A DNA stretch of 64,000 nucleotides from Octopus vulgaris (taxonomy: Eukaryota). Location: NCBI GenBank assembly GCA_951406725.2, contig OX597816.1, forward strand, positions 59,148,001-59,212,000. The letters run 5' to 3'. Shown piece by piece: positions 56,901-64,000 of this stretch. Positions within the stretch are counted from its first letter, which is position 1; each line of letters begins with the position of its first letter. The notes under the pieces are model-generated. The model was not told the origin of the DNA and did no database searches. It worked only from the letters and a program-made list of their open reading frames with translations. The position numbers and the translations under genes were made by a program.

Positions 56901-58292
56901 ACTTGAAGCCTAAATAATTCATAATCATGCATCAAATAAAGAACACTTTTGGAAATATAACAATAAAAATGATGCATCTATAAATGAAGGTTAAGTCATG
57001 GTTAATTAGTTCTATAGGTAGAGAAATTATTAAATCTAATGAGGAAAACATTGGGATACAGCAATAATATAATACTGCTGCTATAAAGAACTGATACATT
57101 ATTAAATTTCAAAACTGACTAACAATTCTTTTCTTAATTCATAATTTAACAGAGATGTAAGCTTTACATTTTGAAATTATAATGCATATTTTTAAAGTTG
57201 TATTTCCACGCTTTTATTAAACAGTTTAAAGTTTATAAAACCACAGAAAATAATTTAAATCAGATCAATGATAACTTTTCTGATTACTGCTGTATAACAT
57301 ACACAGGAGTAAATCAGTAAACTTTCATTGACTGATTGGATCTATTTCCTCAATGTTTTATTAAAATATTGGTATAAATAATAAAAATAAACAAGATCTT
57401 CCTTCAGTCACAAAACTGTTTTTTAAACGCTTAAATCATTAAATGAATTTATGTAATACATTGCCAGAAAAAAAAAATCTGAAATAAAGTTTAAGCAACA
57501 TATATTCATTGCAATTTAATTTTGTGGTGTAACTAGGAAATCTGTATTTATTCAGCTTATAGTCCTATCTAGAATAAATATAGATAAAACAGCTAATCAA
57601 TACGCCAACTAATTAAATCACCTGAAAGCCAAATCATTTAGATATTCAAAACAATACCACTAAATTCATATTTAGAATATAAAGTAATTTAACTTAAACT
57701 GTTAAGTGTTCTAATTAACTATATTAGAAATTTAAAAAATAGATGGTGCAATTTTTAATTCATGCAATTTCCCACAAATAATGGAAGTATTAAAAATAAA
57801 AATTAAACTTTTTGTAAAGAACACCAGACAGTTATATTTATCGCAAATAGTTATTATAAAACCACAAAAAAATTACAAAATTTGCTGATACTCAAAATCT
57901 TTCTAACCCAAAAATGATCTAAGAGAAGATAATCACATAATCTCAGGATTCTTCATTAGTTACTATTATGCATAAATATAGTTACCATTTCTAAATGTTA
58001 CACTATTGAATAGTAGTAAACCCCATATCATATAAATTTTAAATTCTAAGACACCCAAAAAACTGACTGGGGAAAAGTATAATTAAAGTGTTACACTAGT
58101 TAACATCATAACAGGATATGTAGAAAGCAGACTTAAAAAAAACAGACTCTTTTACACTGTCCTAAACGCCAAATTTTCCAAACAAAAATAAGAATTTTAA
58201 AAATCTATAATTTACTTCTAATCCTTTAGACTAATGAAATTCTTTTAAAAATGAAAGAATAAATAACATTTATGGAAGAAATTTGCATTTAC

Positions 58293-58439
58293 CTTTTGTT
58301 TTTCTGCTTTTGTGGATGCAAGCTGCCGCGATCGTTTACGCAACCCATCATAATGTTTTTGGAGTTTTGATAATTCAGGGGCAATACGTTCAAGTTCTTG
58401 GGCATCATTTGGATTAATAGCATTCCCCGATTTTTTAGC
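58293..58439 (-). CDS. KMT2C: KMT2C/D-like exon, 147 nt, coiled-coil
   Basis: ttttactgcag|GCT; AKKSGNAINPNDAQELERIAPELSKLQKHYDGLRKRSRQLASTKAEKQK|gtaaat. Phase 0 to 0. Resembles AKKAGREFPE.DAE.L...Q.K.QKQL..RKQQKEH of KMT2C/D. Confidence 0.87.
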
Positions 58440-58485
58440 CTGCAGTAAAATATAGGTAGAAGAAAATATGTAAAAAAATACTAAC

Positions 58486-58526
58486 GGCGGTGCATCAGCA
58501 TGGCCACAGCTTTGAGCTGAAACTAG
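58486..58526 (+). mobile_element. Isolated 3' tip of the CR1/L2-like LINE or its SINE partner
   Basis: ggcggtgcatcagcatggccacagctttgagctgaaactag matches 31744-31785. Confidence 0.7.
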
Positions 58527-59139
58527 AGGAAAAAAAAAAAAACACACACACACACACATTATATATATAGTCCCCAACTTGTATTCCACCCACATGTAAT
58601 AAGAAAACTTTCCACACACCCTACCCCAACAAACCAATCTATAAGCTTTACATTTCTTCTCATCCTTACATTTCCTCCTTCATGCCATATGCCTTCATCT
58701 CACTCCCCAATCCTGTCCTCATGGCCCTGTTTCTCTGTATCATAGCTATCCAGTAGCCACTGCCTCACCCACTCTATATATACCCAGGTTTTCACCATTC
58801 ACCCCCCACACACACACACTCTAATCATGCTTCTTTGGCAATATCCTGCCACTTTATTATGACCTTCGAACCTCAAGGGTATGTACTGGCATTTGCCACC
58901 ATCTATTTCTCTCTCTGCCTTTACTCAACCATACCTTATGAGTATGCCTGGTACTTTACCACCATCTGTATCCTGCTATCTCCCGTGCTTTCTCTCCTTC
59001 TCCTACACTTCCCTCAGGTTGGGTAACCATGTATCTCCTTTGCAGCAGCACATCTATTTTTGTCTTCATTCTTAATCTCTCTCGCTCTCTCTCTCACAGT
59101 TTAACCTCTTACCACCTGGCACAAAGCCATCTCTATTCT

Positions 59140-59345
59140 CCATCTCAGTTAAGGGGTCTTTGTCTTGAAAATTACTTGGTGACCTCACCAATGCTGATGC
59201 CACATAAAAAGCACTCAATACACTCTTTAAAGTGGTTGGTTGGCAGACAGTAAAGCATAGTGCAATCCTCTGGCTAACAAGTTCTTATCAAATTGTCCAG
59301 TCCATGCCAATATGGAAAACAGATGATAAATGATGATGATGATGT
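59140..59345 (+). mobile_element. Degenerate RTE 3'-UTR-derived repeat
   Basis: gccacataaaaagcac..gtggttggttggc..atggaaaacagat..(GAT)n. Other old copies near 20128-20280, 35300-35550 and 38190-38345. Confidence 0.6.
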
Positions 59346-59466
59346 ACAAATACACACTAAACATGTATACACATATGTTGGTTAAAATTTCGTCTTAAAA
59401 ACAAATAAGGAAACAAATTACCTTTTTGATTCTTTTTAAACACAAATTAGCAGTAAATTAAATTAC

Positions 59467-59633
59467 CTGTCGGGCACGAGCATTAATAGCTTTCCTAATT
59501 CGCTTTAGCTTTTGGATTGTTGGTTCCAATTTTTTCATAGCCATTTCAACATCATTTCTCTCCTGATTGTTATTATAGTCTTCCATCTGATTTATCGATT
59601 GCACAGTAGGAATATCAACAGTCAAATTGGCAT
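59467..59633 (-). CDS. KMT2C: KMT2C/D-like exon, 167 nt, start of conserved coiled-coil
   Basis: cctccttttag|AT; ANLTVDIPTV...KKLEPTIQKLKRIRKAINARARQ|gtaatt. Phase 1 to 0. Resembles KMT2C/D RKS(K/R)KAL.AKQRT. Confidence 0.85.
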
Positions 59634-60325
59634 CTAAAAGGAGGAAAAACGGAGAGATTATAAAATATTAAATATCAAGGAATATAAATATAGAACTAAA
59701 TGACTTCTATGAGAAATACTGAGCTGAAATAATATCTTGGTAAAAAAATTTATAACATTTAGTAGGTTAAACAAACAACTTGATGTTAAAGAAATCAACA
59801 ATTATGATATCAATAGAAATAATAATTAATCTTATCACAAAAACAAAAAAAATCAACACTTCTCTTTCCTTTAAAAATAAGCTAAACATGGTACTATCTA
59901 GCAATTCAGACACCCAAATGTTACTCAAACATGACTATGTCCTTTCTCCAGAAATTACATTGTCATAATATAAATTGGTACCTATTTAGGTATATCAAAA
60001 CAAATAAGATAGACCGTTTATAGCTCATTTATACCAAACTTTTAAAGATATAACTCATATCCTCATCATTTAGCCGTTGCATGAATCCTAGTTTTTAGAA
60101 CAGTATAAAAGTTAACATAACAATGATGGTGATAGTAATGGTAGTGGTTCTATTTAATCATCATACAATTATATTTATTGAATTAAATTAATTTTTATAG
60201 AAATAAGAAAATAAATCTATTTCTGTTTTACTCTTATAGTACATTATAAGAACAAGTACTTATAGTAAGTAAAATCAAAAAACATTACTAAGATATCAAG
60301 ATGAAAATGATTTTCTATAAAATAC

Positions 60326-60591
60326 CTGGTGTAGGTGGAATTACAGTTGGACGAGTTAATGGAGGAGACTGAAGTCCAGCAGAAGATGGTGATGGAGTAA
60401 AAGGTTGATGAGTTGGACTTGGAAATGGTGATGGAGTTCGTGGACTCATTTGTTGATTTGGTGTCCGTGGCATAAAGGAAGTATAATTTTGAACTGTGGG
60501 CGTTGTTGATTCACGGGGAGACTTATTTGCAGGTTTACCTAGCATAGTTCCTTGTGCAACTGGCCAAGACTGTTCCCTTGGAGATATTAAT
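60326..60591 (-). CDS. KMT2C: KMT2C/D-like exon, 266 nt, Pro/Ser/Thr-rich
   Basis: ttttgtag|A; LISPREQSW...VIPPTP; G|gtattt donor. Phase 2 to 1. Confidence 0.85.
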
Positions 60592-61429
60592 CTACAAAAG
60601 TACAACATGGGAATATTCATTTAAAAATTATATAGACTTTATATTATATCAACTGACCCTTTCTCCTGCTGAATTCACTTCAAAGAAATGGAAACTATCT
60701 TTTAATTGAAAAAACTGGAAGAATTAAAGATAAGAACATGATGTTTTTTTCCAGCTTGACAGTGTGCTAACATAGAAAAATTGACATAAAATAGTAAATT
60801 AAAATAAATAATAAAAACTAGCATTTTTTATAATTATCAAAACAGCTGATTTTGTTTATCAAAGCCACTTTCAACCATTGCTTTTCTTTGATTCATTAAA
60901 ACAATGTATTCTGCAAGGTAAATAGTTCAGTTAAACATCTCCCTACTATCATTAGTTCAGGTTAACATTATATGAACTTTTCTTTGCCTAACATCTTTGA
61001 GATTATCTGTAACCTTTAATGCTCTCCAAACTCAATTAATGATCATCAAGTGTCTTTAAACAACTTACTTTAAATATATACTTTAGCTTCTTTCAAAAGT
61101 CAGTCTCAATGACTTTGAATCCCATACTTTCCCTTGGCTTTCCCACACATGCTGATTAAGTAAATTTATTATCTTCACCAGCTCAATTTTCCTATTTGTA
61201 CTTAACTGAACCTTTAATTCTCTAAACACTCTTAGTCGAGTCTTTCTCCACACATATGAGCCTCTAATCCTCATCATAGCATCTCATCCCAATATTATCA
61301 TATCACACAAGTCCACATGCTACCTGTTTGAACAAGTTTATGGTTTAATTCAATGTACACCATTCATATTCTGTATTATTGCAAAAACATGTACATCACA
61401 CATCCTAGCTTCTCTCAGAGAGTGAAGTT

Positions 61430-61506
<77 letters not shown>

Positions 61507-61544
61507 TTCTTCTATTAATTAGTAAAATAGACATAAATACAAAC

Positions 61545-61587
61545 CTTGGAGACAGCTCTAAACGTGGCCTCATGCCTCCAGTATAAG
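61545..61587 (-). CDS. KMT2C: KMT2C/D-like microexon, 43 nt
   Basis: Pyrimidine tract ttttcttttcaatttcag|CT; (A)YTGGMRPRLELSP; AG|gtttgt donor. Phase 1 to 2, which is exactly what joins the flanking exons in frame. Confidence 0.78.
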
Positions 61588-61779
61588 CTGAAATTGAAAA
61601 GAAAAGAATTTTATGTTTGAAAGTTTAAAATATTTTAAATAACTTTTTAAAATATGTTTGATCATACTGGTTCATCCTTCTTACCATCTAAGAAAAAGCT
61701 AAAGATGAAAATTTCAAAAATATCTGCATTTGAACTTTAAAAAAAAAAGAAACCTTTGGTAATTCATGAGCTGTTTTAA

Positions 61780-61999
61780 CCCTTAAGCATTTAAACTAGC
61801 CATATCCAGCCCAAATATTCAACTTTTTTTATGTCCAAACAGACCAGATCCAGCCTCTCACACCTACACTACAATGTCATTCTAAAAGTAAACATTCATA
61901 TCATGAAAATCTTGAAGCTATGAGATAATGCATGATTAATTCAAAACAATGTGAATAAATAAGCATTACATGTAACAGAGTAATCTGAATGCTGATGGG
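61780..61999. mobile_element. piggyBac-like MITE
   Basis: TTAA|CCCttaagcatttaaa ... tctgaatgctgatGGG|TTAA. Imperfect TIRs, TTAA target duplication, 220 bp, non-coding. Confidence 0.7.
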
Positions 62000-62088
62000 T
62001 TAAAGTAAACCAGATTTTAAAAATCAGAGCAACTATAAGTAGTATAAAAAAAACCCCCAAATGCACGCACGCACGCACACACAAGTAC

Positions 62089-62173
62089 CTTGTCGCAAAG
62101 CTCCAAAAATTTCTTCCTGTTTCCGAGGACCCAGTAAAGCTTGTTCAGCTTGTCGCTTTTGTTCTTTTTTCTC
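62089..62173 (-). CDS. KMT2C: KMT2C/D-like exon, 85 nt
   Basis: ttaaactag|GAG start; EKKEQKRQAEQALLGPRKQEEIFGALRQ; G|gtactt donor. Phase 0 to 1. It continues the DLLE..EKKE motif. Confidence 0.85.
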
Positions 62174-62286
62174 CTAGTTTAAGGAAAAGAATATATAATA
62201 ATTATTTTACTCGTTACATTTATACATAAAATATCTATATATAAATTGAAAACAAAGTAATTCAAGAAACCTTAATGTAAACATAC

Positions 62287-64000
62287 CTCTTCAAGTAAAT
62301 CTTGTATTAACAAAGGTTGTTCTTGTGATGGTCTTGTGTGACTAAGTGCAAGAGTTCTAGGCACTGAATTTCCTTGATTTGTAAAACTACCTGGCTTTCC
62401 AGGTATGTGTGCTTTTACAGTTAATGATGGATGGTTTGAAGGATAAGGTGTTGGTGACCTATGCAAATTACCAATTGTTGGGGCTGAAGCTGCTAGATTA
62501 GACTGCTCTAAGTTAGGGCGGAGACTCAAAGACTGACCATCAGGCTGATAATATAATCCCGTTTGACTGTTTGGAGCAGCATATGTTCCAGGTGTTTGAG
62601 ATGGTGAAACATATAAACTACGCGATGCCATAGTACCAACATCAAAAGTAGATTCTGCATTTTGTGTTATTTGTTGTGATGCTTGACTGTTAGTGCTTTC
62701 AAGAGGCCATGATATATTTCCGGTAGTTGTTTGAGTACTTAAAGGCATTTGTGCAGAAGCAGCAGAATTACTGAAAGTATTAAAAGAAGCAGAAGGTGGT
62801 AGTTGCACTATAGCAGTTGTTGGTGTATTAATACAAGATTGATCCATTCCTGATGAAAGAGAAGTTGGAGAAGCTTGTGGATGCTTTAGAAAATTTTGAT
62901 TAGTAACTGATTGTCCATATAATATACTATTAGGAGTTGGTGTCAGAATACCACCTCGTGGTGGTAAATGAGTCTGTGGTTGCCCATAAGTACCTTGCAT
63001 ATACTGGTTGACAGGAGGCACTGTCCCACGACCAAGTTGATGGAAACCTAAGGTTGGACTACTCTGACCAACATTAGGAACAGTAGTGGATGCTGACTGA
63101 GAATTTTGATTATACTGTATAACTCTATCAGCACCTGAAAGATATGGTGATTGTGCTCTGCTAGAAGGTGCACTTGGAGGTGTGTGCCCAGCAGAGGAAA
63201 CAGAACCAACACTAGCAGTAGTTAATGACTGTGGATAACCAGGGCTAAAAGGTGACTGTGCAGTTGATGCTGACATTGGAGAATGTCTTGTCAATTGACT
63301 AGATGATTGTGGTCCTGATACTTGTCCAAAGGGAGAATGTGCTGATGGAGTCCTGGGAGATGACAGTCCAGATTTTGGTAAACTGTCTTTTGGTGATGGT
63401 AACATACCAGACATTTGCCGCGACGGTGGTCTAGATCTTTCAATCATTGTTGACAAAGATTCAATAGGGCTGTTACATATTGTTCCACTTTGTAAAGTAG
63501 ATTGTACTTTAGGAGATGATGCTGATAAATTACTCATGGATGATGTTGGTGAGGATTCTTTTTGCTCTTTCATACTTTGTGATGAATTCTGATTTTGTAA
63601 ATCAGGTTCAATTTTCATTACTAAACTCTTCTGGTCAGGAGAACTTTGTAAAAGAGCAGCTATATGGCGACTATTTTGAATTGTAGAAGATTTTTCTGTA
63701 TGCCCCTCTTTATTCAAAACTGATCCCTTTGTATCACTGTTAGAAGTACTAGGTGGTGTTGGAGGTGGTTCTTCCTTTCTCATTTGGCTAAACTCCAAAA
63801 ACTTGGCTTGAAAATCTGATTGTGATTTTTGTTCTGATGACTGAATGTTATTCGATTTAGAATCATTTGTTTCTGAAGAAATAATAGTTTCTTCCGAGTT
63901 TGATTCAGTTTTAATGGTTTCTGTTCTCTCATCTGCAGCAAGACTATTGCTTTCATCCGGGCTATCTTGACGCTCTTCTTCTTTTGAATCACCATTGCAA
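62287..64000 (-). CDS. KMT2C: KMT2C/D-like exon (5'-partial, large Ser/Pro/Gln-rich exon)
   Basis: The frame of the 508 aa ORF stays open to the window end (CNGDSKEEERQDS...). It ends ...SQEQPLLIQDLLEE|GTATGT, phase 0. This matches the EQPLLL(E/Q)DLL motif I recognise from KMT2C/D. Confidence 0.88.

Noticed and set aside
63780-63995. Separate 71 aa ORF
   Set aside because: Alternative frame overlapping the large exon, whose true frame is open to the window end.

Overview
AT-rich eukaryotic DNA, probably from a coleoid cephalopod such as Octopus. That is an inference from the SINE/RTE/mariner repertoire and the dense (TA)n/(CA)n microsatellites. The whole window lies inside one minus-strand gene, a KMT2C/KMT2D (MLL3/4, trithorax-related) H3K4 methyltransferase homolog. 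I reconstructed 11 phase-consistent GT-AG exons encoding the central low-complexity/coiled-coil region, including the motifs EQPLLIQDLLEE-EKKEQ, RKAINARARQAKK and DNNPFSEGYLEREQ. The gene is open at both window ends, and no PHD or SET exons are present. A 36.1 kb intron (17545-53690) holds a dense island of mostly dead transposons nested in microsatellites: Tc1/mariner, RTE and CR1-like LINEs, tRNA-SINEs, a Helitron and Penelope-like remnants. The most unusual signals are a near-complete type I hammerhead ribozyme on the host pre-mRNA strand, a 560 bp near-perfect palindrome carrying hammerhead 3' halves, a 483 bp-unit fold-back repeat, and several inverted repeat pairs that could give dsRNA. 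I saw no convincing novel protein-coding system. Most short ORFs in the track are microsatellite translations.
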